From NCBI GenBank assembly GCA_951406725.2, contig OX597839.1:23250001-23314000 (forward strand): a DNA stretch of 64,000 bases. Reading direction: 5' to 3'. This stretch comes from Octopus vulgaris (lineage: Eukaryota). Every line of letters begins with the position of its first letter. Within the stretch, counting starts at the first letter, position 1. A program made the position numbers and the translations under genes. The notes beneath the pieces are model-generated. The model saw nothing but the letters and a program-made list of their open reading frames with translations. It searched no databases and was not told the DNA's origin. Positions 26,141 through 38,139 of this stretch are shown here, piece after piece.

Positions 26141-26264
26141 CAACTTTACAAGGTGTAACAAGATGGAAATCAGGGCTCCAGTGTCCTTTTAAAAATTCAA
26201 AATAACCAAGAAATTCCTATATTCTTTGACTGCTTTCTTACTATATTTCTATGAAGTACTCTCT

Positions 26265-26656
26265 CTCTTTTACTCTTTTACTTGTTTCAGTCATTTGACT
26301 GCGGCCATGCTGGATCACCGCCTTTAATCGAGCAACTCGATCTCGGGACTTATTCTTTTTTGTAAGCCCAGTACTTATTCTATCGGTCTCTTTTGCTGAA
26401 CCGTTAAGTGACGGGGACGTAAACACACCAGCATCAGTTGTCAAGCAATGCTACAGGGACAAACACAGACACACAAACACACACACGCATATATATATAT
26501 ATATATACATATATACGACGGGCTTCTTTCAGTTTCCGTCTACCAAATCCACTCACAAGGCTTTGGTCGGCCCGAGGCTATAGTAGAAGACACTTGCCCA
26601 AGGAACCATGTGGTTGGTAAACAAGCTACTTACCACACAGCCACTCCTGCGCCTAC
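26265..26656 (-). mobile_element. SINE family A (small internal deletion in head)
   Basis: Matches the family consensus. Confidence 0.88.
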
Positions 26657-26754
26657 ATTTATTTCTATTTATTTTCAAAATAATGAAGAATTTGGTTAAA
26701 TAACTTTTTTGTTATTATTAAACTAGTGTTTAAGGCAGCAAGCTGGCAAATCAC

Positions 26755-26866
26755 ATTCAGTCCCACCGCATGGCACCTTGGACAAGTATCTTCTACTATA
26801 GTCTCAGGCCGAACAGAGCATTGTGAGTGGATTTGGTAGACAGAAACTGAAAGAAGTCTGCCATGT

Positions 26867-26912
<46 letters not shown>

Positions 26913-27320
26913 AAGGACCAGGCATGGCTGTGTGGTAAGAAGCATGCTTCTCAACCACATGGTTCCGAGTTCAGTTCCACTGCATGGCACCTTGGGCCAG
27001 TGTCTTCTACTATAGCCATGGGCTGACCAAAGCCTTGTGAGTGGATTTGGTAGACGGAAACTGAAAGAAGCCTGTCGTGTGTGTATATGTGTGCGTTGTG
27101 TCTGTGTTTGCCCCCCACAGACATACACCACCACCACCACTTGATAACTGGTGTTAGTGTGTTTACATCCCTGTCACTTAATAGTTCAGCAAAAGAAACT
27201 AATAGAATAAGTATACCAGGTTTTAAAAAAAAATACAATTTGTTCAACTAAAATCTTTTCAAGGTGATGCCCCAGTATGGCCACAGCCTAATGACTGAAA
27301 CAAGCAAAAGTTCAAAGGTA
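26755..27320 (+). mobile_element. Older SINE A copies (partial plus full) in tandem
   Basis: Two head halves and one tail. Confidence 0.75.
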
Positions 27321-27799
27321 AAAGAACAGCACAGGTAGCAATAACTGCAGCGGATCCATTTGCTAGAAATAGAAACCAAGTCACCCCATAATCACCACTT
27401 AAGTCCTTAATAACGAAAGGACCCCTTGGCTGATGTAGAACCTGGTTTATGAAAACATGGGATGGTCATGGCCGGAATAGTTTTGATCGTAGGTTTCCAC
27501 AATCAGAGTTGACTTAATGTTAAGCAGCAACAATGACGACAACAACAGTAAGAACAATATCAAACGATGCTCCAGGGTGTTGTGTGTGTGTGTGTGTGTG
27601 TTCACCTTTGAGGAAGAGATGAAAGACAATGTGACACACTCACTCCTGACGCCATAGGCTTTCAGCAGGGGGTGGGGTGTGGGATGGGGGGAGATTGGCA
27701 CAACTCCAACAACAAGAACAACAATAGAAATAGTAACAACAACAACAACAAATGGTGAAGCTGCAAGGATTGCAAACAGAAGAGCTGAAGTGTACTTGG

Positions 27800-28220
27800 C
27801 TGTGATGGTGGTAGCCATGAGGATTGTGGTGGCGATGGTGGTGGTGGTGGTGGTGGTTGGGGAGGTGGTGGTGGTGATGGTTGGGGAGGTAGTGGTGGTG
27901 ATGGTTGGGGAGGTAGTGGTGGTGGTGGTGGTGGTGGCGATGGTGGTTGGGGTGGTGGTGGTGGAGGAGGTGGTGGTACTCATCCCTGTAGTTGTAGGCT
28001 GATGGTGGTGGTGGTGGTGGTGGTGGAGGTGCTCATCACTGTAGTTGTAGGGTTGATAGTGGTGGTGTGGATGGTGGTGGTGGTGGTGGTGGCGGTGGAT
28101 TTGGAGGTGGTGGTTGGGGAGGAGGTGGTGGTACTCATCCCTGTAGTTGTAGGCTGATGGTGATGGTGGTTGTGGTGGTCATCAGTAGTCTTCACTGTTG
28201 TGGTGGTGGTGGTGGTTGTG
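27800..28220. repeat. (GGT)n-rich compound repeat
   Basis: Directly visible. Confidence 0.9.
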
Positions 28221-28833
28221 GGTCTGATAAGCAGTCAGGTTAGTGGAGGTGTGTATGGAGGGAGTGGGTGGTCAGGGCAGGGCAGGGCAAGGCAGCTGAC
28301 TCAATGAAAGAAGTAGATAGTGAGATGATGATACCATGAGATGAGAAAGAGAGAGAGAGAGAGAGGAGGGTGGAGAATGGAGGGAAGAGGAAGAGGTGTG
28401 TTTAGTTATGAACAATGACCACCACACAAAGGGACCCCCAACAAGCCTTGTGTTTAGTTTAGTTCTGTGCATTCATTTCAGATTCACACCCAGTCACACA
28501 CACACACACACACATATAAATCTATACACACATACATACACACATAAATACATAAATCTATCCTTCTATCTGTGTGTGTGTGTGTGTGTATTTTTTATCT
28601 TTTATTTGTTTCAGTCATTAAATTGTGGCCATGCTGGGGCACTGCCTTGAGTTTTTAGTCAAACTAATTGACCCCAGTGCCTCTTTTATTTTTAAAGCCT
28701 GCTACTAACTCTTTCATTCTCTTTCATTCTCTTAAGCTATGGGGATGTAAACACACCTACACTGGTTGTCAAACAGTGATGGGGAACAAACACAAAGGCA
28801 TACACCTAGACATATACATACATACATACATAC

Positions 28834-28880
<47 letters not shown>

Positions 28881-28997
28881 TACTACTGGTCTTTGTGAAA
28901 CCGGTACTAAAATGTTCTTCATGATAAAATTATTTTAGCATTTTCTACCTTGTCTTATTTTCCTTATACATATTAACTTATGTGCTCCTTTCAACCT

Positions 28998-29026
<29 letters not shown>

Positions 29027-29028
<2 letters not shown>

Positions 29029-29324
29029 AATTAATCAAAATAAAAACAGCGGTACCGCATTATGTCGTATGCGAATGAGAGGATTTGCACCCCCAACGTA
29101 GAATTTTTGATGTAACACATGTCCTTGAGGTAGTAATTGTGCGCGGCTGAAGAAAGCCATAGACACACATTATGCATTGTTATAAATCCGTCTAATAAAG
29201 GCCCGAAACATATGTACCGCTGAATCCTTGGCATCATATTTTTATTTTGATTAATTTACTCTACCTACACCACCAAACGGTATATACAGGTGCTTACAAT
29301 TATCAAGTTCTCACCCTGAATTTT

Positions 29325-29327
<3 letters not shown>
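29027..29327 (+). mobile_element. Hammerhead-bearing Penelope-like element, same family as 51940-52490, with collapsed left arm
   Basis: Near-identical to the right arm and tail of the 52 kb copy. Flanked by (TA)n. Confidence 0.8.
29143..29220 (+). ncRNA. Type I hammerhead ribozyme
   Basis: GCGG CTGAAGA AAGCC...GGCCC GAAA CATATG TA CCGC, with predicted cleavage after 29216. Confidence 0.8.
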
Positions 29328-29385
<58 letters not shown>

Positions 29386-29388
29386 GTA

Positions 29389-29497
29389 TATGTGACGGTT
29401 ATTCAGTTGCCATTAACTGACAAGATGCCTGAGCAGATTTCCGCCTTGACATCCGAAACTCACAGTTTTATTATGGCCACCAAATAATTGCCACATA
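29389..29497 (+). ncRNA. Hammerhead motif (G8 to A, probably inactive) in a pLTR-like element extending to about 29575
   Basis: CTGACAA GATG...CATC C GAAA CTCACAG TT. Homologous to 53531-53605. Confidence 0.6.
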
Positions 29498-29572
29498 TTA
29501 TTTTATAGATAAATTCTTCTATTTACATAATATCGAGGTCTCATTCATTGTTTTGTTGTCATACCATTACTA

Positions 29573-29606
<34 letters not shown>

Positions 29607-29609
<3 letters not shown>

Positions 29610-29905
29610 TCATCATCATTCGTTTAACATCTGCTTTCCATGCTAGCATGGGTTGGACGATTTAACTGAGGTCTGGCAAACCATATGGCTGCACCAGACT
29701 CCAGTTTGATCTGGCAGAGTTTCTACAGCTGGATGCCCTTCCTAATGCCAACCACTCCAAGAGTGTAGTGGGTGTTTTTACATGCCACCGGCACAAGGGC
29801 CAGTCAGGCGGTACTGGCAACGGCCATGCTCAAATGGTACTTTTTATGTGCCACCTGCACCGGAACCAGTCCAGCAGTACTGGCAATGACCTCGCAGCAC
29901 TGGCA
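29607..29905 (-). mobile_element. RTE LINE 3' end
   Basis: (CAT)n followed by GTTTAACATCTGCTTTCCATGCTAGCATGGG. Confidence 0.85.
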
Positions 29906-30079
29906 ACGACGCAGGTAATAAGGCGAGGTTTTCTTTCAGTTTCCGTTTACCAAATCCATGCACAAGGCTTTGGTCGACCTGAGGCTATAGCGGAAGACAC
30001 TTGCCGAAGATGCTATGCAATGGGACTGAACCAGGAACCATGTGGTTGGGAAGCGAGCTTCTTACCACACAGTCACATA

Positions 30080-30671
30080 TCTTTTATCTTTTTACTTGTG
30101 TCAGTCATCAGACAGTGGCCATGCTGGGGCACAGCATTGAAGGGTTTAGTTAAATGAATCCACCCCAGAACTTCTTTATTGTTATTCAAAAAACTGGTAC
30201 TTTTTCTAATGGTCAATTTCTGAAGAGTCGCTAAGTGACGGGGATGTAAACAAACCAACACTGGTTGTCAAAAGGTGGTGAGACACACACACACACACAC
30301 ATACATACATATATATACACTCTTTTACTTGTTTCAGTCATTTGATTGCAGCCATGCTGGAGCACCGCCTTTAGTTGAACAAATCCACTCCTTATTATTT
30401 GTAATCCTAGTACTTATTCTATCAGTCACTTTGCCAAACCACTAATTTATGGGGATGTAAACACACCAACATCGGTTGTCAAGTGATGGCAGGGAAACAA
30501 ACACAGGCACACAACCATATACAGTTTCCATCTCCCAAATCCACTGACAAGGATTTGGTAGGGCCAAAGCTATACCAGAAGAGACTTGCCTCAGTTGCCA
30601 CACTGTGGGGTTGAACCCAGAACCATGTGATTGGGAAGCAAGCTACTTACCACACAGCCACTCCTGCAACC

Positions 30672-30733
<62 letters not shown>

Positions 30734-30744
30734 CAGACAGACAA

Positions 30745-30793
<49 letters not shown>

Positions 30794-31210
30794 CAGGCTT
30801 CTTTTAGTTTCCATATACCAAATCCACTCACAAAGCTTTGGTTAGCCCGAGGCTATAGCAGAAGACATTTACACAAGGTGCCACACAGTAGGACTGAACC
30901 CGGAACCATGTGATTGGGAAGCAAGCTACTTACTACACAGCCACTCCTGCAACCTATATATATATATATATATAAAGAGAGAGAGAGAGAGAGAGACACA
31001 CACACAGACAGACAAACAAGTATATATATATATATATATTTAAAGATATAAAAACAGGCTTCTTTTAGTTTCCATATACCAAATCCACTCACAAGGCTTT
31101 GGTCAGCCCGAGGCAATAGCAGAAGACATTTACACAAGGTGCCACACAGTAGGACTGAACCCGGAACCATGTGGTTGGGAAGCAAGCTTCTTACCACACA
31201 GCCACTCGTG
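30080..31210 (-). mobile_element. SINE A array: one tail half, one full copy, and a locally duplicated head-half plus microsatellite unit
   Basis: AAAACAGGCTTCTTTTAGTTTCCATATACC is repeated at about 30790 and 31050 with shared private variants. Confidence 0.8.
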
Positions 31211-31499
31211 CAGACATATAATCATACATAAATCTATACATGTATATAAAAACACACACGCATGCACACAAGTGCACTCATTCAAATTTATATACACCCA
31301 TTTCCAGCTAATCATGCGAATGCACTCACTGCATACCTACCATAAACCAATCTACATATTTTTAACCCCTGCCCCCACCACCACTAAATGGTTTAAAAAC
31401 ATCCACTGCAGACAGACTTATATACACACCTACGTATAGACACCCACGTACACACACCCACGTTTATGCAGAGAAACTAGATAAATATATTCACGTGCA

Positions 31500-31552
31500 T
31501 TCATGTATATATATATGTATATATATACATACACACACATATATATAATTAA

Positions 31553-31618
<66 letters not shown>

Positions 31619-31682
31619 GTATGTATATATATATTATATTATATATATATATACATACATACACACACATATATATATATAA

Positions 31683-31713
<31 letters not shown>

Positions 31714-31776
31714 TGTATGTATGTATATATATATATATATATATACATACATACACACACATATATATATATAAAT

Positions 31777-31809
<33 letters not shown>

Positions 31810-31821
31810 TATATATGTATG

Positions 31822-31860
<39 letters not shown>

Positions 31861-32470
31861 CAACACACCTAGATCTACGTAACTGAAGACTTATAAACAC
31901 GTATCTTCATGAGACAGTGATGGTGATGGTGGTGGTGATGACAGTAGTGGTAGATGTAGTGGTGGTGGTAGTAGCAGGGGTGTTGGTGATTGTAGTGGTA
32001 GTTGTAGAGATTGTGGTGATGGTGGTGGTGATGGTTGCAGTGTTAGTGGTGGTGGTGGGGGGCTGATATAATGTTAATGATGGCAGTGGTGGTGGTTATG
32101 TTGTTTGTGGTGGTTGTGATGGTGGTGGTGGCGGTAGTAGTAGTGGTAGCTGTGATGGTAGTAGTGGTAGTGGTGTTGACAGTAGTTGCAGTGGCGGTGG
32201 TGATGTTGGTGGTTGTAGTGGTAGTGGTAGTTGTGGTGGTGGTGGTGATGGTGGGGGTTGTAGTGGTAGTGGTGGTAGTTGTGGTGGTGGTGGTTGTAGT
32301 AGTAGTGGTAGTTGTGGTGGTGGTGGTGATGGTGGGGGTTGTAGTGGTAGTGGTAGTTGTGGTGGTGGTGACGGTGGTGGTTGTAGTAGTAGTGGTAGTT
32401 GTGGTGGTGCTGGTGCTTGTGGTAATAGTAGTGGTGGTGGCGGTGGTGGTGGTGGTGGAGGTGGTGGGAG
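31500..32470. repeat. TA/TACA tract followed by a (GGT/GTA)n tract
   Basis: Directly visible. Explains the poly-Thr and poly-Val ORFs. Confidence 0.93.
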
Positions 32471-33384
32471 TTGAAAGAAAGCTGTTAAACACAATGATAA
32501 TAATTTCCTCTTTCCACCATTGCCCACCCATACCCCCCTCCTGCCCCCCCACCTCTCCTCTGATCGTTTCTCTACCAACAACCTGTTTGCCCCTACCCAA
32601 AACAGTTCAGCCGAATGAAGGACACAGCGCAACAGAACAGCTGAAAACATCCAACGAGAAGACCTTCCTGTCGTCGTCGACTCACGACTCCCCTATAATT
32701 AGGCCTGTCACAGCACCATGCCACCCGACCATTACTTCGTAAACTGGTGTTTAGTGAGAAAGTAGCTTCGGTTGCTACAGAACTGAGAGCCAACAAAGAG
32801 CAAGCAGACAACAGACTTAACCGTTTTCATGCCAATCCATGTGAAACTGCCTCTCGTTTCACAGTACAAAGAGTCCAACTTTGAATTAATCATATTTAAA
32901 TTAAAATCATTCATCGTCATTTTATGCATGAGTATTTTTTTTCACTTAATGTTTCCAATACGATTATTAGAAGGAAAGCATAATGAATAGGGAGTTATTT
33001 GTCGAGGGGCTGGTCAGAGAGATGTCCAGTGAATAGACGAGAGATATAATTTATTGAGAACCACCTGATGGACAAGTTTTGATCCAATGATCCATGGAAT
33101 TTATTCTGTGGACTCTTGGAGTGGATTGAAGCATGTCCGTCAAGCTGTAGTTGATAAATTATAATGAAAAGATGTCGGTCATTATAGCTAAAGTTCTCAA
33201 AATACTTGCTCGTTTTCAAAATTAATTAAAACACATGCAGTGTGTATGTTTTATTAGAAATATGGCTGCAAAAGTGTTAATAAATGAGGAATAAAAAAAA
33301 GGGGCACAAACACTCTCGTGATATAAAGGAAAGGTGTAGTAAAATGCAAGGTGTAAAATATAATAGACACACACTTTCAAAAAC

Positions 33385-33660
33385 TAGCTGACACACATTT
33401 CATGAATTTATATAGATAGCTTACACACATTACATACATTTTATGTAGCTAGCTCACACACATTTCATGAATTTATATAGATAGCTCACACACATTTCAT
33501 ACAATTTATATAGATAGCTCACACACATTTCATGAATTTATATAGCTAGCTCACACACATTTCATGAATTTATATAGATAGCTCACATACATTTCATGAA
33601 TTTATATAGATAGCTCATACACATTTCATGCATCTGTGTAGCTAGCTCATACACATTCAT
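33385..33660. repeat. About 32-bp minisatellite, roughly 8-9 copies
   Basis: ATAGCTCACACACATTTCATGAATTTATATAG. Confidence 0.9.
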
Positions 33661-33682
33661 TATCTTCCCCATCATCATCATC

Positions 33683-34230
33683 AGGTATGACTGTGTGATA
33701 AAGAAGCTTGCTTCTCAACCATGTGGTTTTGGGTTCAGTCCCACTGCATTGCATCTCAGGCGTGGCTGTGTGGTATGAAACTTGCTTACCAACCACATGG
33801 TTCTGGGTTCAATCCCACTGCATGGCACCTTGGGCAAGTGTCTTCTACTATAGCCTCAGGCTGACCAAAGACTTCTGAGTGGATTTGGCAGATGGAAACT
33901 GAAAGAAGCCTGCCATGTATTTATGTATGTATGTGCGTGTGTATGTGTGTATATATGTATGTATGCATGCATGCAAACACAAACACAGATTCAAAGACAT
34001 GCACATGCATGCATCTGCGTGTCTTTGATTCCATGTTGTCTCCCTACCATCACTCGACAACCGGTGTTGGTGTGTTTACGTCCCCGTAACTTAGTGGTTC
34101 GGCAAAGAGACTGATAGAATAAGTACTAGGCTCACAAAGAATGAGGGGTCAAATTGTTCAACAAAAACACTCCAAGGTGGTGCTCCAGAATGGCCACAGT
34201 CAAATAATGGCTGAAACAAGTAAAAAAAAG
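33683..34230 (+). mobile_element. SINE A with duplicated head
   Basis: Two A/B-box heads (33683, 33757) followed by body and tail. Confidence 0.8.
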
Positions 34231-34264
34231 AATTGAGTACAAGTGGCACATTTAAATAATTTGT

Positions 34265-34895
34265 TTTTTACTTGTTTCAGTCACTGCTCTGTGGCCATAC
34301 TGGGGCACCTCACTGAAGTGCCTTAGTCAAACAAATCAACCCTAGTGCTTATTTTTTAAGATATGGTACTTATTTTAATTGTCCTTTCTGTCAAACCCCT
34401 ATGTCAAAGGGATATAAACAAACCAACTACGGTTGTCAAGCAGTGGTACGAGACAAACACAAGCATATAGACATGTAGACATACACACAATCGCGCACAC
34501 ACACACACAAAGGCGGCGAGCTGGCAGAACCATTAGCACGCCAGGCGAAATGCGTAGCCGTATTTCGTCTGTCGCTACGTTCTGAGTTCAAATTCCGCCG
34601 AGGTCGACTTTGCCTTTCATCCTTTCGGGGTCGATGTTATCGACTTACTTTGTTTGTCTGTTCTTGTTTGTCCCCTCTGTGTTTAGCCCCTTGCGGGTAA
34701 TAAAGAAACACACACACACACAAACAATTGTGTATATCCATGATGGGATTCCTCACAGTTTCCATCTACCAATCCCACTCACAAGCCTTTAGTCAGCCTG
34801 ATGCGATAGTAGAAGACACTTGTTGAAGGTGCCACGCAATGGGACTTAACCAGGAACCATGTTGGGAAGCAAGCTTCTAAACCACATGGTCATGC
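34265..34895 (-). mobile_element. Old SINE A interrupted by SINE B (34512-34708, + strand)
   Basis: SINE B sits in the internal (CA)n tract with ACACACACAAA duplicated. Confidence 0.8.
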
Positions 34896-35202
34896 CTCTG
34901 CTTGGCCACACCTGTTCCAAGCAATACTTGTGCATGGCCACACCTATGCCTAGTCACACCTGTTCCAAGCAATACTAGTGCATGGCCACACCTATGCCTA
35001 GTCACACCTGTTCCAAGCAACACCTGTGCATGGCCACACCTGTTGCAAGTCATACCTATGCCTGACCATACCTGTGGCTGACTACACCTGTTCCAAGACA
35101 TACCTGTGCCTAGCCATACCTGTGCCTAGCCATACTTCTGCCTGGCTATACCTGTGCCTAGCCACACCTGTACCTAGCCACACCTCTTCCTAACCATACC
35201 TG
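34896..35202. repeat. 16-bp minisatellite with a 48-bp higher-order unit
   Basis: GCCACACCTGTTCCAA / GCAATACTTGTGCATG / GCCACACCTATGCCTA. Confidence 0.85.
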
Positions 35203-35670
35203 AGTCAAAATAGATGTCCTGAGGCTAAATAATAACAACAGAAATGAACAAAGTTTTCAATTCAACAGACCCTTATTTGTTTAACATCATTCCTCCAAAA
35301 CATGAAGGCACAAAAGAAATAAAATGCCCCAAAACACCTTCAAAGCACCAAATTCCTACCAAAAATACCTGAAAAAGCACTCTCGCCCCCACCCCTACAC
35401 ACTCAGATTAATTCCTTTCCATTATACATGAATGAGCAACGAAGTTGAAATAGATTTTTAATACTCATTAAACCAGACGGGGCTCTTAAGTTAAGAGATA
35501 ATCCGGACGGCAACTGGGCGAAACTTATTCCCGGCATATCAATCATGGAGTTTAAAATCAGATATGCTCTTGTGTGTGTGTGTGTGAGTGCAGGTGTTTG
35601 GGAGAAAGGGAAAAAATGGTGGGTGGTAGAAAGAAGAAAAGAAAGAGGAACTGCAAAAGGAATCTGGAAG

Positions 35671-35701
<31 letters not shown>

Positions 35702-36380
35702 TAAAGTAACAGAAGCGAGAGAGAGAAAAACATGCAATGGAGAGAGAAATAGAAAAAAGAGGGGGAGAAATATTGAGGAGATATCAGAGAGATATCAGAG
35801 CTGCTACTGACAGAAAAAAATGCCAGAGGAAAACAGGACAGATGCTGCAAACCAAGAGATAAAAATTCTAAACAGACAACACCCTGCATCATCTGACTAA
35901 ATGTATGAAACAGATGGCATGTCCCATGATGAGAAGAAAACAACAATGTTATTTCATTTGTCTACCATTTATGATTTTGTGGTATGCCATTGTTGTTCAA
36001 TTATGGAGTTGTGACGGTGTTTGTTGAATATCAATAAACTTGAAATACGAACGAGGAAGCGGGGGTCATGGGTGGACACAAGAACAAACAGAAAAACAAA
36101 ACAAAGGAATGTTGATTCATTGTCGAGAGAAAAGTGGTCCCATAATGACCCCACATATGCAGTATACATATTTCTGTGTGTGTGTATATGCATGTAGAGT
36201 TTCACGTGTTTGTGTGTATACATATATATATATATACATATATATATACATACACATATATATATACATATACACACATATATATACAACATATATGTAT
36301 GTATATATATACATACATATATATATATACACACACATACATACGTACATATATATATATACAAACATACATAGATATAC

Positions 36381-36412
<32 letters not shown>

Positions 36413-36464
36413 GTATATATATATGCATAGATATATATATACATACATATATATACATATACAC

Positions 36465-36512
<48 letters not shown>

Positions 36513-36566
36513 ATGTATGTATATGTATATATGTATGTATATATATATATGTATATATATATGTAT

Positions 36567-36810
36567 TACTGGCACATGTAAAAACATTCGAGCGAGGTCG
36601 TTGCCAGTGCCACCTGACTGGCCCCCATGCTGGTGGCACTTAAAAGCACCCACTACACTCTCAGAGTGGTTGGCGTTAGGAAGGGCATCCAGCTGCAGAA
36701 ACTCTGCCAGATCAAGATTGGAGTCTGGTGCAGCCATCTGGTTCGCCAGTCCTCAGTCAAATCGTCCAACCCATGCTAGCATGGAAAGCGGACGTTAAAC
36801 GATGATGATG
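36567..36810 (+). mobile_element. RTE LINE 3' end in a TA tract
   Basis: Matches 9718-9974. Confidence 0.85.
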
Positions 36811-36931
36811 TATGTGTATATGTATATATATATATATATATACACACATACATACATGTTGTGTTTGGGGAAAGTGATTCTCTTTTAGTTCCCTATAATA
36901 TAACACACTCACCAGTAAAATTTCCACATAT

Positions 36932-37347
36932 TTACTCTTTTTACTCTTTTACTTGTTTCAGTCATTTGACTGCGGCCATGCTGGAGCACCGCCTTTAGTC
37001 GAGCAGCTCGACCCCGGGAGTTATTCTTTGTAAGCCCAGTACTTATTCTATCGGTCTCTTTTGCCGAACCGCTAAGTGACAGGGACGTAAACACACCAGC
37101 ATCGGTTGTCAAGCAATGCTAGGGGGACAAACACAGACACACAAACATATACACACACACTTATATATATATATACATATATACGACAGGCTTCTTTCAG
37201 TTTCCGTCTACCAAATCCACTCACAAGGCATTGGCCAGCCCGGGGCTATAGCAGAAGACACTTGCCCAAGATGCCACGCAGTGGGACTGAACCCGGAACC
37301 ATGTGGTTGGTTAGCAAGCTACTTACCACACAGCCACTCCTGCGCCT
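36932..37347 (-). mobile_element. Full-length SINE family A
   Basis: Matches the family consensus. Confidence 0.9.
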
Positions 37348-37591
37348 TCTTTATTTTTCTAAAATTTTCATTGTGTTTTGCAAAGGTGACAAGAGCACAC
37401 TCAACAATGATAGCAGAAAGGCTGCAAGAAGCAACGAAAATCTTGGAAAAATAAAGAAGGAAATGAGTGGAAATTTTACCGGTAAATGTGTAGGGCACAA
37501 AATGAGAATGACTCTCCCCAGACACAACAGAATATGCTTCAACACACGAACTCACATAAAGAATCTTGCAAACCAAATCCCAAAACGAAAT

Positions 37592-37634
<43 letters not shown>

Positions 37635-37740
37635 CATACATACATATACACATATATTATACATACACACACATATATGCCATGATAGATCATTAGCTCC
37701 TACATGCATTTTTTTCTTTCCTTGTTTTTTTTTCTGTGTA

Positions 37741-37778
37741 TCTTTCTGTTGAAGAGCGTTGGCTCAAAACATAAAAGA
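37741..37778 (+). ncRNA. Degenerate minimal hammerhead in a pLTR-like fragment (37680-37878)
   Basis: TCTTT CTGTTGA A GAGC-GTTG-GCTC AAAA CAT A AAAGA. Same layout as 183-217 but with core substitutions. Confidence 0.45.
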
Positions 37779-37928
37779 CTTTCTCTATTTCTATTCCTGA
37801 GCACTATACTAATACATTTGTTTGTTTGTACTCCACCTGCCTTCGTCTTTTGTTTATTTTCGTAAACTTTCCCTTTATATATATATACATATATATATAT
37901 ATGCATACATACATATACATACATACAT

Positions 37929-37963
<35 letters not shown>

Positions 37964-37964
<1 letters not shown>

Positions 37965-38124
37965 CATCATCATCATCGTTTAACGTCCGTTCTCCATGCT
38001 AGCATGGGTTGGACGGTTCGACCGGGGATCTGGGAAGCCAGAAGGCTGCACCAGGCTCCAGTCTTATCTGGCAATGTTTCTACAGCTGGATGTCCTTCCT
38101 AACGCCAACCACTCCGTGAGTGTA
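37964..38124 (-). mobile_element. RTE LINE 3' end
   Basis: (CAT)nCGTTTAACGTCCG... Confidence 0.85.
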
Positions 38125-38139
38125 ATACATACATATATA

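Larger units (their letters stand above)
28595..30075 (-). mobile_element. SINE A split by nested insertions (tail 28595-28810, head 29925-30075)
   Basis: The two halves are collinear and separated by pLTR-like fragments and an RTE tail inside the internal TA tract. Confidence 0.65.
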
